Shown here one piece after another: positions 19,178-29,600 of a stretch of DNA of 64,000 bases. Where the stretch lies: IMG/VR virus record IMGVR_UViG_3300020576_005620, positions 1-64,000 of that record, one strand, 5' to 3'. The position numbers were made by a program, and so were the translations under genes. Position 1 is the first letter of the stretch. Each line of letters opens with the position of its first letter. Under the pieces are notes generated by a model, which was given only the letters and a program-made list of their open reading frames with translations, searched no databases and was not told the origin of the DNA. The DNA is from a virus (taxonomy: Duplodnaviria; Caudoviricetes).

Positions 19178-20224
19178 ATGAAAAGACATATTAATTTTCC
19201 ATCTATTGAACAATTTAACCAGATTTGTAAATATATTGCTGATAAAACATCTTTTGTTGGTATAGACGATGACGGCAACGTAATTCGAGATTATCTTGCA
19301 AAGAAACCTAAATTAACCTTTAAAGGAACTGTCAAGATCCACGGTACAAATGCAGGTGTTTCCTATAATGCTGTAGATGGTATTTGGTATCAATCTCGAA
19401 ACAACATAATTACACCAACTCAGGATAACACTGGATTTGCTTTCTTTGCAGACTGTAGGAAAGAAGCATTTACTTCTATGATTCTTCAACTAGCTGAAGA
19501 GAATAGCATTGATCTTAATGAGTTTACAATCACTATCTATGGTGAATGGGCTGGTGGCAGTATTCAGAAAGGTGTAGGTGTCTGTCAACTTCCTAAGAAG
19601 TTTTATATCTTTGGCGCAAAGGTAAGCCAAGTAGAAAAGACTGAAGAGTTTAAGAATTACTGGATTGATCATACTAATCTTCACAATAACCAAGAAGATA
19701 TATACAATGTAAATCAGTTTACTGTATGGTCAGTTGACATTGATTTTGAAAATCCAGGCTACAGCCAGCCAACCCTTTCTGAACTAACAATGGCAGTAGA
19801 AGAACAATGCCCTGTTGCTAAGCATTTTGGTGTTGAAGGGGTAGGTGAAGGAATTGTTTGGATCTGCAATGTTTTTGAAGAACAGATACGGTTTAAAGTC
19901 AAAGGTGAAAAACATTCTGCATCTAAGGTTAAAGTTCTTGCCCCAGTAAATATTGAAAAACTTGAATCAATAGATGCATTTGTAGATTATGCTGTTACAC
20001 CAGCTAGATTTGAGCAAGCCATTCAAACGGTGTTTGGTATTAATGAAAGAGTTGACATTAAAAAGCTCGGTGAAGTAATCAAGTGGATGATGACCGATAT
20101 TGTTAAGGAAGAGACTGATTCTATGAAGGAAAGCGGTCTTGATGTCAGAGATATTTCAGGCAAGGTTGCTGTCAAAACTAAATCTATGTTTTCAGATCTC
20201 TGGAACGAGCAGTGCAGCTTGTAG
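19178..20224 (+). CDS. RNA ligase, Rnl2-like
   Basis: Motif I KIHGTNAG, QSRN, IYGEW.G..IQKGV, GEGIVW, FKVKGEKH. Confidence 0.88.
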   Translation: MKRHINFPSIEQFNQICKYIADKTSFVGIDDDGNVIRDYLAKKPKLTFKGTVKIHGTNAGVSYNAVDGIWYQSRNNIITPTQDNTGFAFFADCRKEAFTSMILQLAEENSIDLNEFTITIYGEWAGGSIQKGVGVCQLPKKFYIFGAKVSQVEKTEEFKNYWIDHTNLHNNQEDIYNVNQFTVWSVDIDFENPGYSQPTLSELTMAVEEQCPVAKHFGVEGVGEGIVWICNVFEEQIRFKVKGEKHSASKVKVLAPVNIEKLESIDAFVDYAVTPARFEQAIQTVFGINERVDIKKLGEVIKWMMTDIVKEETDSMKESGLDVRDISGKVAVKTKSMFSDLWNEQCSL

Positions 20225-20231
20225 TTTTAAA

Positions 20232-20651
20232 ATGAAACAATCAGATATAATTAAGGATACATTAAAACTATGGTTTATTCCTTCATTTTATAAACCATTT
20301 CAGTTTTTTATCTTTGTGATAATAGTTAGTTTACTAGGAGCTGTTTTTCCTGTACCCCTTTCAAGTTTAGTTATCTTTAGGGTTATCGCTGTTTTTGGTG
20401 TTGCTTTGATACTTTACACTAATCTTGGTATTATTGAAGCCCATGGAGCTGAGCAAAGAAGGAAAAAGGACGAAGAACAATTAACTGAATTCGATTATAG
20501 GGTAAAGTGGAAAGCTTATATTGAAAGTTTAGACGAAAAAACTACTGATGAAATCTTTGAAAAGGCTGATTATTGTAAAGTCAAAGCAATGAAATTTACC
20601 CTTATAAAGATTCCACCAAACAATTACAAAGATTACTTAGATAATGATTAG
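20232..20651 (+). CDS. Two-TM membrane protein
   Basis: ATG at 20232; two hydrophobic segments. Confidence 0.5.
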   Translation: MKQSDIIKDTLKLWFIPSFYKPFQFFIFVIIVSLLGAVFPVPLSSLVIFRVIAVFGVALILYTNLGIIEAHGAEQRRKKDEEQLTEFDYRVKWKAYIESLDEKTTDEIFEKADYCKVKAMKFTLIKIPPNNYKDYLDND

Positions 20652-20654
20652 CTA

Positions 20655-21485
20655 ATGCGGTACTATTTTTCTGTTAGTGATATCCATGGAGACTTTGAGC
20701 AGTTCTTATTTCATTTAAAGAATTACACAGTTATTGATAAAGACCATAAGTGGTCGGCTGGTGATTCCAAGCTTTTGGTGTTAGGTGATGCTACAGACAG
20801 AGGTTTCTATGGATATGAAACACTTTCCTTTATAAAAAACTTACAAGAAGAGGCTTTCCTTCGAGGAGGTGAGGTTCACTATATTTTAGGGAATCATGAT
20901 GCTTTATTGTTAAGTCAAGTTTATGGTATGAAGGAAATGTTTGGCAATCATATCTACAATACCCAACATATGTTTAAGTCTGTTGGTGGAAGGGAGAGGG
21001 ATGTCAATCTCTTATCTATGGATTTACCTCTTATAACTTGGTTAGAGGAATGCCCCTTTATACACAAAGAAGGAAGAACTCTTTTTCAGCACTGTGATTC
21101 TGTAATGTACTATGAGCTTATTCCAATAGAACAAAGACTATACATTCCATCTTCAGAATTATGCGAACACATAAACACTGCTCTTAAATTTTACCTAAGC
21201 AAGTTTTCTATTAAATCAGATGGTTACTTCATGCTATTTGATATTTTGTGTTCGTGGAGAGGTCTACAAAACGAAGAAATTGTAGATGACTACTTAGAAA
21301 AGTTTCAATGTTCTAGAATTATTCATGGCCATAGTGTTACCCCAAGTAAAAAAATAGAAACACATTTTGGTGGCAAAGTAATTTCTATTGATTGTGAAAT
21401 GAATTACAACAAACAAAACAAGTCCCCAAATCGGGGAGATATACTTGTCTTGACAGAGAAGGAGATAAATGAGCTACTTTACTGA
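20655..21485 (+). CDS. Calcineurin-like metallophosphoesterase
   Basis: SDIHG, LGDATDRG, LGNHD, HGHS. Confidence 0.9.
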   Translation: MRYYFSVSDIHGDFEQFLFHLKNYTVIDKDHKWSAGDSKLLVLGDATDRGFYGYETLSFIKNLQEEAFLRGGEVHYILGNHDALLLSQVYGMKEMFGNHIYNTQHMFKSVGGRERDVNLLSMDLPLITWLEECPFIHKEGRTLFQHCDSVMYYELIPIEQRLYIPSSELCEHINTALKFYLSKFSIKSDGYFMLFDILCSWRGLQNEEIVDDYLEKFQCSRIIHGHSVTPSKKIETHFGGKVISIDCEMNYNKQNKSPNRGDILVLTEKEINELLY

Positions 21486-21924
21486 GGAAAAAGGTGATGC
21501 TACAGAGGCTTTGCAGTCTGTAAAAACTGGTATTGTCCATTGTGTTAATAACGCAGGTCTTTGGGGATCTGGGTTTGTTATACCTCTGGGTATAAAATAC
21601 CCTAAGGCACGGGACCATTACAAAGCTAATTTCAAGTATTACAGTCTTGGGCAAGTTCAAGCTGTCAAAATAACAGATGATCTTGTTATTTATAACCTTT
21701 TTGGGCAAGATGGGGTTAAGAGTTCTTCAAATCCAACCCCAATTGTACACGATAAATTCTACTCCGGTTTAGAGGCTATTTATAAGGCAGTAACTAATGA
21801 TACTGTTTTGTTAATGCCAGCTATTGGTTCTGATAGAGCCGGTGGCAATTGGAAAGAGATTAAACAGAAGATTAAAGATTTAGCAGAAAAGTATAGAATC
21901 AAAACGGTGGTTAGATACTTATGA
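21469..21924 (+). CDS. Macro domain protein (ADP-ribose processing)
   Basis: GDAT, IVHCVN..G.WG.GF, NLFGQ, MPAIG...AGG.W. Confidence 0.88.
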   Translation: MSYFTEEKGDATEALQSVKTGIVHCVNNAGLWGSGFVIPLGIKYPKARDHYKANFKYYSLGQVQAVKITDDLVIYNLFGQDGVKSSSNPTPIVHDKFYSGLEAIYKAVTNDTVLLMPAIGSDRAGGNWKEIKQKIKDLAEKYRIKTVVRYL

Positions 21925-22129
21925 TACTTTTAGTATCATTGCTAGCTTATCTAGCTATAGGTTTTATGATGTTTCTGAAAGTCTACTTTTCAGAGTACTC
22001 TGAAACCGATATGACTTTCTTACAAAGTCATAAATACTCCATATTTTTCTTTCTCGTCTTATTTTGGCCTGTAGTATTACTTGCAGGCTACGCCCATTTA
22101 ACATTCTAACGTAAAAAAGAGTCTAACAA

Positions 22130-23509
22130 ATGAAGTTCGTAAATTCAGGTGATTTCCTTTATCCGGTGTCTGACAATCAGCCACCAGTCCTAGATACCAT
22201 CCCGGCAAATGTCTACAATCTTAGATTTGAGCCGTTACAGCAAAAATTCTTTCTAGAATTTGCTCCGACCCCAGTCCTTCCGCCTAAGATTTACGGAAAT
22301 GTTGTTGACCGTACTGAGAAAATTCTTCATACTTTCTCAGAAAGGCCCTCCTCTACAGGTATCTTGCTGTACGGTTTGAAGGGAACAGGTAAGACACTTC
22401 TTTCTAAGAATATCTGTATTACAGCTCTGGAAAGAGGGGTACCTGTTATCTCTGTTAGTGAAGCCTTTAGTGGGCCACTTTTCGATACATTCATTCATTC
22501 TATCGAACAGCCTGTTGTAATTCTGGTTGATGAATTCGAAAAGATCTATAGCACAGAAAGTCAGAAACTTTTGCTTAGTCTTTTAGACGGTGCTTTTTCT
22601 AGCCAAAAACTATTTCTTTTCACGAGTAATGAAAGATATAGTATTTCCAACTTTATGTTGAACAGACCTGGCAGAATTTTCTATGCTTTTGAATACGATA
22701 GAATTGAGGATTCCGCCATCGTTGGCTATCTTGATGATAACGTTGCCAAAGAAGATGTAAGAAAGATTCTACTTCCAATCCTTCAGGATATGGGTGGAGA
22801 ATTGAGTTTCGATATTCTTAAGGCAGTTTCTGAAGAAGTAAATCGGTATCCCAATGTAAACCTTTCTGATCTTCTAGGCGATCTTAATATCCCACTACCA
22901 ACTTCTGATGTTAATGTTTCTTGTGAGTTGGAGTTCTTTGGTTTGCCAGAGAAATTCACAACAACTTTCTACGAACATTTGGATCGAAGTGAAGATACTT
23001 CTTTGTTTGCATATTATCATATTCTTGAGATAAACAAGGATATAGTCCATATTTGTCCTAGTGATAATATTGAACCAATTTCACAACTTTACAGCAATTC
23101 TGGCTACGCCTCTGATGATCCAGGTCTATTAGAGAGTGCTATAATACATCTTGGAAGAATTGCTGCTGGAGAAATTGGGGATAGAATTGGCAATAATGGA
23201 CTCTTCAATCAAACAAAGTATAGAACCTCTTTGAGAGAATTTAACAAAGAAATTCTTAATGGTAAGAAAGTCTGCATGGAAACTCTTACAGGTTTCTGTA
23301 AGATTCTAGAACAGCTTGCTCTTCAAGAAGCACTTTCTGTTGATTATAAGCTGTATTGTGCCAGCGATCAGTTGAATATGACAGATGAATTTAGCTGGGG
23401 TAAGGATAGAAAGCTCTCTTTCCTATCTACCAAGAATACTGCGAAGCTTATAGCCTCAAAAAGAGAATACAAGCTTGTTAAGTACAACCACACCAGTATG
23501 TATATGTAA
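22130..23509 (+). CDS. AAA+ ATPase
   Basis: GILLYGLKGTGKT, VILVDEFEK, LLSLLDG, TSN, NRPGRIFY. Confidence 0.9.
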   Translation: MKFVNSGDFLYPVSDNQPPVLDTIPANVYNLRFEPLQQKFFLEFAPTPVLPPKIYGNVVDRTEKILHTFSERPSSTGILLYGLKGTGKTLLSKNICITALERGVPVISVSEAFSGPLFDTFIHSIEQPVVILVDEFEKIYSTESQKLLLSLLDGAFSSQKLFLFTSNERYSISNFMLNRPGRIFYAFEYDRIEDSAIVGYLDDNVAKEDVRKILLPILQDMGGELSFDILKAVSEEVNRYPNVNLSDLLGDLNIPLPTSDVNVSCELEFFGLPEKFTTTFYEHLDRSEDTSLFAYYHILEINKDIVHICPSDNIEPISQLYSNSGYASDDPGLLESAIIHLGRIAAGEIGDRIGNNGLFNQTKYRTSLREFNKEILNGKKVCMETLTGFCKILEQLALQEALSVDYKLYCASDQLNMTDEFSWGKDRKLSFLSTKNTAKLIASKREYKLVKYNHTSMYM

Positions 23510-24192
23510 TGAAAATCAACGTTGTTATCCCAACCAAACTCTCTGAAAAGGATTATGTAAAAACAGAAGCTGGGGCTCTCCTTATGAAGCTTCTAAAACA
23601 TTATCCATCTGTTGGAGTAACTGTAGAGTCAGAAAATTCAAGAGGATTAGTTGAAATATTCCAAGAACATTTGGATGATAAGAACTTTGATTATGTTCTT
23701 TTTATCCACGATGATGTCCTTTTACGTGATGTTTTAACATTTGACGTACTTCAGAAAGCTTTTGAAGTTTATGATATTGTAGGACTTGCTGGTTCTTCAT
23801 ATCAAGTCTATAATTCTTTAGACTCTACAAGGTGGGATACAGGTTCTTACACAAGAGGAGATTGGGGTGGTTTTGTAGCCCACACCCAGAACAGTGGAAA
23901 TATTACTTCAAACTATTTTGGTGTTACACCAAAACAAGTAGTTGTAATTGATGGGCTCTTTATGGGATTTAATTCTAAGAAATTTAGAAAACTGGGGATT
24001 AAACTTGATCCCCAGTTTAAATTCCATCACTACGATCTAGATACTTCTATTACCTGTTACTCTGCAGGGATGAGATTAGGAGTAGTTCCTTTATTTGTAA
24101 TTCACGAAAGTATTGGTGAATTAGATGAGGGCTGGAAAGAAAGTGCCTCTCTTTTCTTTAAGAAACACTACAAAAAAACATATAAGGTGTAA
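23509..24192 (+). CDS. GT-A fold glycosyltransferase
   Basis: VLFIHDDV, DIVGLAG, VVIDGLFM, FHHYDLD, HESIG. Confidence 0.8.
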   Translation: MKINVVIPTKLSEKDYVKTEAGALLMKLLKHYPSVGVTVESENSRGLVEIFQEHLDDKNFDYVLFIHDDVLLRDVLTFDVLQKAFEVYDIVGLAGSSYQVYNSLDSTRWDTGSYTRGDWGGFVAHTQNSGNITSNYFGVTPKQVVVIDGLFMGFNSKKFRKLGIKLDPQFKFHHYDLDTSITCYSAGMRLGVVPLFVIHESIGELDEGWKESASLFFKKHYKKTYKV

Positions 24193-24193
24193 T

Positions 24194-24754
24194 ATGGATC
24201 TCCAAACATTTGAAACATTGACTCAAGAACAAAAAATAATCTTTGAAGAAGCATACAATTCAGCACTATACTATCATAAAGAGGCTGGAAAGTCGTACAG
24301 CGGCTATGATTACAAATTACATATTGATGGTGTTTTGAATGTTGCAAGGAAATATATTCATCTTCTACCTGAGAAGGACCATCTCCAAGTTTATCTAGCT
24401 ATCTGTTACCATGATGTTATTGAAGATTGTGGACAGTCTTATAACACCGTGAAAGATGAGGTTGGAGAAGAAGCAGCCGATATTGTTTACAATGTTACTA
24501 ACGAGTTAGGCAGGAACAGACGGGAGAAAGTTTCAAAGACCTTTCCAAAAATCAAAGCTTGTATTAAATCAACATTTGTCAAACTTTGTGATAGAATTGG
24601 CAATGTTAGATTTTCATACTATATTGGTGATTCTACTGGTATGTTTAAAAGATATATCAAAGAAAATCCTGAGTTTTACAAAGAGCTTCACAACTCCAGC
24701 CACCCGTTCCAACCTATGTGGGATGAACTAATGAAATTAGCAACTATTGAATAA
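24194..24754 (+). CDS. HD-domain hydrolase (RelA/SpoT-HD/Mesh1-like)
   Basis: H....Y...Y..H, HDVIED, V..VT, VKLCDRI.N. Confidence 0.8.
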   Translation: MDLQTFETLTQEQKIIFEEAYNSALYYHKEAGKSYSGYDYKLHIDGVLNVARKYIHLLPEKDHLQVYLAICYHDVIEDCGQSYNTVKDEVGEEAADIVYNVTNELGRNRREKVSKTFPKIKACIKSTFVKLCDRIGNVRFSYYIGDSTGMFKRYIKENPEFYKELHNSSHPFQPMWDELMKLATIE

Positions 24755-24756
24755 CC

Positions 24757-25128
24757 ATGCGAAAACTAATTTTCAATCTCTACACTTTACTTTTCAATAG
24801 TGGTTCTGCTGGAAGAAATGTTAAACTCTTATTACGAGAGTTTAAATTCTTCTGGCAAAGACTGACTCGTGGATTTGGTGACGATGAACTTTGGTCTCTT
24901 GATGATACAATAGCTGAGTTTATTCTCCCTAGATTGAAAGCTTTTACCAAACAAAGGACTTCTCATCCTACAGGTTTAACTGAGGAGGAGTGGAATAATA
25001 TGCTCGAAGAGATGATCCTATCCTTCCAACTTATCAAAGATGACGAAGCTCATAACATAGAAAAAAGAGACACAGCCCTTCATGGTCTTGAACTCTTTTC
25101 TAAGTACTTTTTTCATTTATGGGATTAA
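24757..25128 (+). CDS. Conserved phage hypothetical protein
   Basis: WSLD.TIA.FILPRLK.F, EW...L.EMI..F, GLELF.KYF..LWD. Confidence 0.65.
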   Translation: MRKLIFNLYTLLFNSGSAGRNVKLLLREFKFFWQRLTRGFGDDELWSLDDTIAEFILPRLKAFTKQRTSHPTGLTEEEWNNMLEEMILSFQLIKDDEAHNIEKRDTALHGLELFSKYFFHLWD

Positions 25129-25679
25129 TTATGGAACGTATAGTTGTTACATTTGAAGAAGCAGAACACTGTATGAAAACATCCTCGGATGTTTTAGTAG
25201 AACACGATGGTAAACGTTTCTACTTTTCTCAACAGAAAGGAAGAATAGTTAGTTGTTTTTATGAAAAAGCTTCCACATCTTGGAAGAACACAAACACACC
25301 GTATGTTATTATTTCTGACCCCTTCTGTACGTACAAAAGACTATACAAGGGGTACAAAGTCCTCACTTTATGTGAAGCAGAGGTAAAATTAGAAAAAGGT
25401 AATATTCTTCTTCTTATTAGAGGTGGAAATTGGTTTTCTCTTTACTCTCTTGGAAAAGTAACAATTTGTAGCTCAATTTCCAAGAATGCTTCAGACCCAA
25501 GCACAGAGATTTTCTATTACCACCAGTATAGGGATATTATTCTTTCTACAGGGAATGATACTTTACAAAAAATTTTACCCCCTATAGGCTATATACAGTA
25601 TTTTATTGATTTAAAGAAAAGAGAATTAAAATCTTATGAAGATGCTCTATTAGAGCTTCAAAACCAAATGCGCCCGTAG
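25119..25679 (+). CDS. Hypothetical protein whose stop codon lies inside the downstream tRNA
   Basis: TAG at 25677-25679 equals tRNA positions 8-10. Confidence 0.5.
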   Translation: MGLIMERIVVTFEEAEHCMKTSSDVLVEHDGKRFYFSQQKGRIVSCFYEKASTSWKNTNTPYVIISDPFCTYKRLYKGYKVLTLCEAEVKLEKGNILLLIRGGNWFSLYSLGKVTICSSISKNASDPSTEIFYYHQYRDIILSTGNDTLQKILPPIGYIQYFIDLKKRELKSYEDALLELQNQMRP

Positions 25680-25703
25680 CTCAGTGGATAGAGCAACTCT
25701 CTT

Positions 25704-26339
25704 TGATAGGGGCTTTTATGGAGAAGAATAATCTATAAAATGCACTACACCATATCGGTGAACTCTTAACAGGTAATGCTGATGACAATACCGAGCAAAC
25801 TAAACAATAACTAAACACTTGCTCTATTAGTATGTGAGACATCATACGAAAGATAAAGGTGATTTAGCTGTCTTGAAAGTCATGGCTTCTTTAGGGGAAC
25901 AAGACTTTCTGATTTTAAATCCATTAACTGAACATTCTCCATTTGATCTAGTTATATATAAAAATGGTACTTTTAAGCGAGTACAAGTTAAGTATAGAAA
26001 AGAAAAAAATGGAGTTATTACAGTAGATTTAAGATCTTCCTGGGCTGATAAAAATGGAAGTCATACTCTACCATTTAAAAGGGAAGAAGTTGATTTAATA
26101 GCAATTTACTGCCCCCAAACTGATACTTGTTATTACGTTGATGTTAATCAATGTCTAAGTGGAATTGCGTTAAGAACGCAGCTCCCAAAAAATAATCAAG
26201 TAGCAGGAATCAGACTGGCAAAAGATTTTGTGAAGGTTGCGTAGAGACTAAACGTGTAGCACCTGAAATGGTGAAGTTATAGTCCAGACCACAAACACTT
26301 AAATTTATACTAAGTGGTAGTGAAAACTATAGTGGTATG
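25704..26339 (+). mobile_element. Group I intron (tRNA-type, IC3-like)
   Basis: P1 with U25703.G25709, ATCGGTGAAC/AATACCGAG (P/Q), GTAGAGACTA (R), AAGTTATAGTCC (S), terminal G. Confidence 0.9.
25834..26244 (+). CDS. Intron-encoded PD-(D/E)XK homing endonuclease (I-Ssp6803I-like)
   Basis: TKDKGDLA, P..E..PFDLV, RVQVK, D.IAIYCP.TD.CY, LR...PKNNQ..GI..A.DF. Confidence 0.9.
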   Translation: MRHHTKDKGDLAVLKVMASLGEQDFLILNPLTEHSPFDLVIYKNGTFKRVQVKYRKEKNGVITVDLRSSWADKNGSHTLPFKREEVDLIAIYCPQTDTCYYVDVNQCLSGIALRTQLPKNNQVAGIRLAKDFVKVA

Positions 26340-26658
26340 CTAAAGAGTAGGTCGGAGGTTCGAATCCTCTCGGGCGTGCCAAACTTTAAGGAAACTAACT
26401 AATGATACTTTCGATTATACTAATCATTCTAACGGCTTATGTGCTAATCGCTCTTTTCTATTTCTTTTCCCTTGTAAAAGAGCTTAATAGCCAGAAAGGA
26501 ACTTTTAGTACTGACGAAGAGGATACATTGAAGGGGCAGCTGTTTCTTCTTTTTCTCTGTGTGCTTATCTCTTGGCCTAGTGTTGCTTTTAGTAAAATTA
26601 CTCAAGAGTATGACGAAAAATAAAGAATTCGTACATGTATGGTAGGCACTAAGGTTGT

Positions 26659-29600
26659 ATGATTACGCACTTCGAATCCTTTGAACATCTTTACTATACA
26701 TTAATAGAAAGTAAACCCCTTTCAGACAGATACATATATAACCAAAAAACAAAACGATTAGAGTCTCGTATAGCTAGTTCAGTATGTATAGTATTCTGCG
26801 ACAGAAAAACTATTAATGTTTACAATAATAGTGTTGTAACTGTAGCAGAAATACCCTATGTGGTAAAACTAGAGACAAAAACTAACTACACTGGTATGTG
26901 TAAATCTGTTTATGTAGAGCTATTTCCGTTATGAAATTTGAATTTGAGTCTTTAGAGGAGTTTATTCATTTCCATGGCATAAATACAAAAGGTTATAAAA
27001 AGTGGGATCGAACATTTGTTATTGCACCCTACACCCAAATAGTTTCTACAGCGAATAAGGACTATTCATCTTATGGATTAGTTGGATTTCATAAAAATAT
27101 TAATCATTATAGTGGAAAAGTGATTTCTATCAGTACTTCTAAATTTTTGCTATCCACTATCAAAACTAATGGTGTAGTTAAAGTTCTAGTTATTCTCGAA
27201 GAACTGTAGGATAAAGTTGCAGATGAAACTTAAATTCAAAGATTTTACTCACTTTGTTTTTAGGATAGATGGTTCTTTAGCCTATACTTGGACATATGAT
27301 TCTGTAGCTTTTAAGTGCTTTACCCCCCCCTCCAAAAAATTATATACTTTATCTTTGGGTTTAGAAGTCTCTACTATACTGTGTGGGGAAATGTTCTTTA
27401 TTCAAGTACAGTACCTTCTGTCCCTTTGCCATACTCAGAGACTTTAAGAGTAGTTTTTCCTGCAGAGAAGTGTGAGAAGTACAATAACAAAATACTTACC
27501 ATAGATTCTACTCCTTATCTTTTAAAAATTGATTTTACAGAACCAAGATTCTCATATGAAGGAGGTGATCCTCCAATGTGTGCAGACAAGTTTTATCTTT
27601 TTACACTAGAAGCTATATAAAATTTGATTTTTCATAACTAAAGGTATCAGACAATGATTACTAACATAATTCTAACTGTTCTAGCGGTAGTACTTATCCA
27701 CATAATTATTACCTTTCTTTACTTCTTTAGTTTTGTAGTCAAGATTAAAGAAGTTCCGGTCTCTATATTGGAAGGATGGAGATGGAAATGTTAGAACATA
27801 ATCATTTTCTTTTGTTCTTGTTGTTTCTGTTTTTCTGGCCAACCCTTGCGTATAGACAGATCACTGGAAAACTTTAATGAAACGTAGATTTAATTCTCTA
27901 GAGTATTTCTGCTACCTTTTAAAGGTTCATTACATTGATGGGTTTTATTATCCCTGTACTGTATTTAAATTTAGGAATCTATTCAGTATACTTTTTGGGT
28001 TGCAAAAAGAGAAATTTGTAATAACTCCAGATAATTCTCTCCACTTTTTAGGTAAAAATGGTCGTACAGCTTTTAACGGATTTGGGGACCTACTAGCTCT
28101 TCCTAAAAAATTTGCTGACAAATACGACAAGAAAATAGTTTCTATCTTTAACGCTAACTACCTTGTATTGGTACAGTGGGATACTTCATATAAAGAAAAA
28201 AATGGAAGTTCGTACTTCACATTTACACTGCAAGCCGTTTAATAAGGGTTTAGAAAGAAAAAAATGAAACTTCGCTATAAATCATTTTACAATCTTGCTA
28301 GGAAGATATTCAATAAAACTAATCCAACTCTTATAGATGTTATACAGGAAGGCGAAAGGTTGATTGGTGTGTATCATTATGAGTCTTCTAGTAATTCAAG
28401 TTCCTCGAAACGAACAGTAGTATCTCGAGAAATTACTTTTATACCACCATACTACACAGATTATTCTTTTCATGGCAAAATGGTATTTGTTGAGGATACA
28501 CCATATATGGTAGAGATTAATCTTTGCCCCCAAAATCTCCAATATGATTTAAAGGTCTATCCAATATGATTGCTGAATTTAAGACTTTAAGGGAGTATTT
28601 AAGGTATGATTTTCCAAACAAAAGAATTACTCCTTCTACAACTCCGCATATCTCATCAAGCGGAAAAGTAGTTGTAGAGAGCACATTAATTTCTTCTTTT
28701 CTTTCTCCTTCTTTATCAAACTTTGTCATTTCTTCAGCAGGTAAATTTGAAGGAAAGGTAATCACAATTGATAACGAATATTATTTGGTGTCCTATAGGG
28801 GAAATGATTACACAGAAGTATGCTGGGTATATCTTAATAAAATATGAAAGTAGAGTTCGATAGTTTAGAAGAATTTGTTCTTGAATACTCTAATTTTCTA
28901 GAGTCTGAAATTGATCTTAACTACTTTGAAATGTATATTGGTGAATCAAATAAAATACTTAGATATGTAATGTTTTATAATCGCCTACCAAAGAAGTTTC
29001 TAAGTACCCCAAAGCTACAGTCTCTTAATAACCGCATTATTACTGCAGCTCATATTACTTATTTAGTAGAAGTAGGTAAATCTTTCTATGCTGCAAAACA
29101 AAACAATCGCTTCCACTATGTTTATTTACATGCAATATGAAAACTAAGTTTGCTACTCTTCATCAGTTTGCTGCTTATTTAGATCTTTTTTGGTACATTG
29201 ATGGGGTTCCCTTCTATAACTTTACCTTTCACAGACTTTTTATTAATTCTGATAGATTTTTCTTTATCTTACTTCCATTCCTCAGATCTGATACTGTTTT
29301 TATTATTAAAGAAGGATCTATTTTTACATACTTTACGTTTGAAACACACCCTTGCCACACAAGGGTTTGTGTAAAAGGATCATTATCACAAAAATACGAT
29401 GGGAAAATTGTTATAATAGACAAGACACCATATATATTTAAAGCTAATACTACACAGCTTGTTCACCGTATAGATCCTAACGAATCTATGAGAACTTTTA
29501 CTTTAGAGGCTATATGAGGTTCAATTTTGATAGTGTCTATGCTTTAAGATCTTATTGGGTATTCCCCTTTGAAGAACCAGTTGTTCTTATAAGAGAGGAA

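Larger units (their letters stand above)
25670..26381 (+). tRNA. tRNA-Arg(UCU) split by a group I intron (exons 25670-25703 and 26340-26381)
   Basis: GCGCCCG/CGGGCGT acceptor; spliced arm ACTCT-CTTCTAA-AGAGT; GCCA end. Confidence 0.9.
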
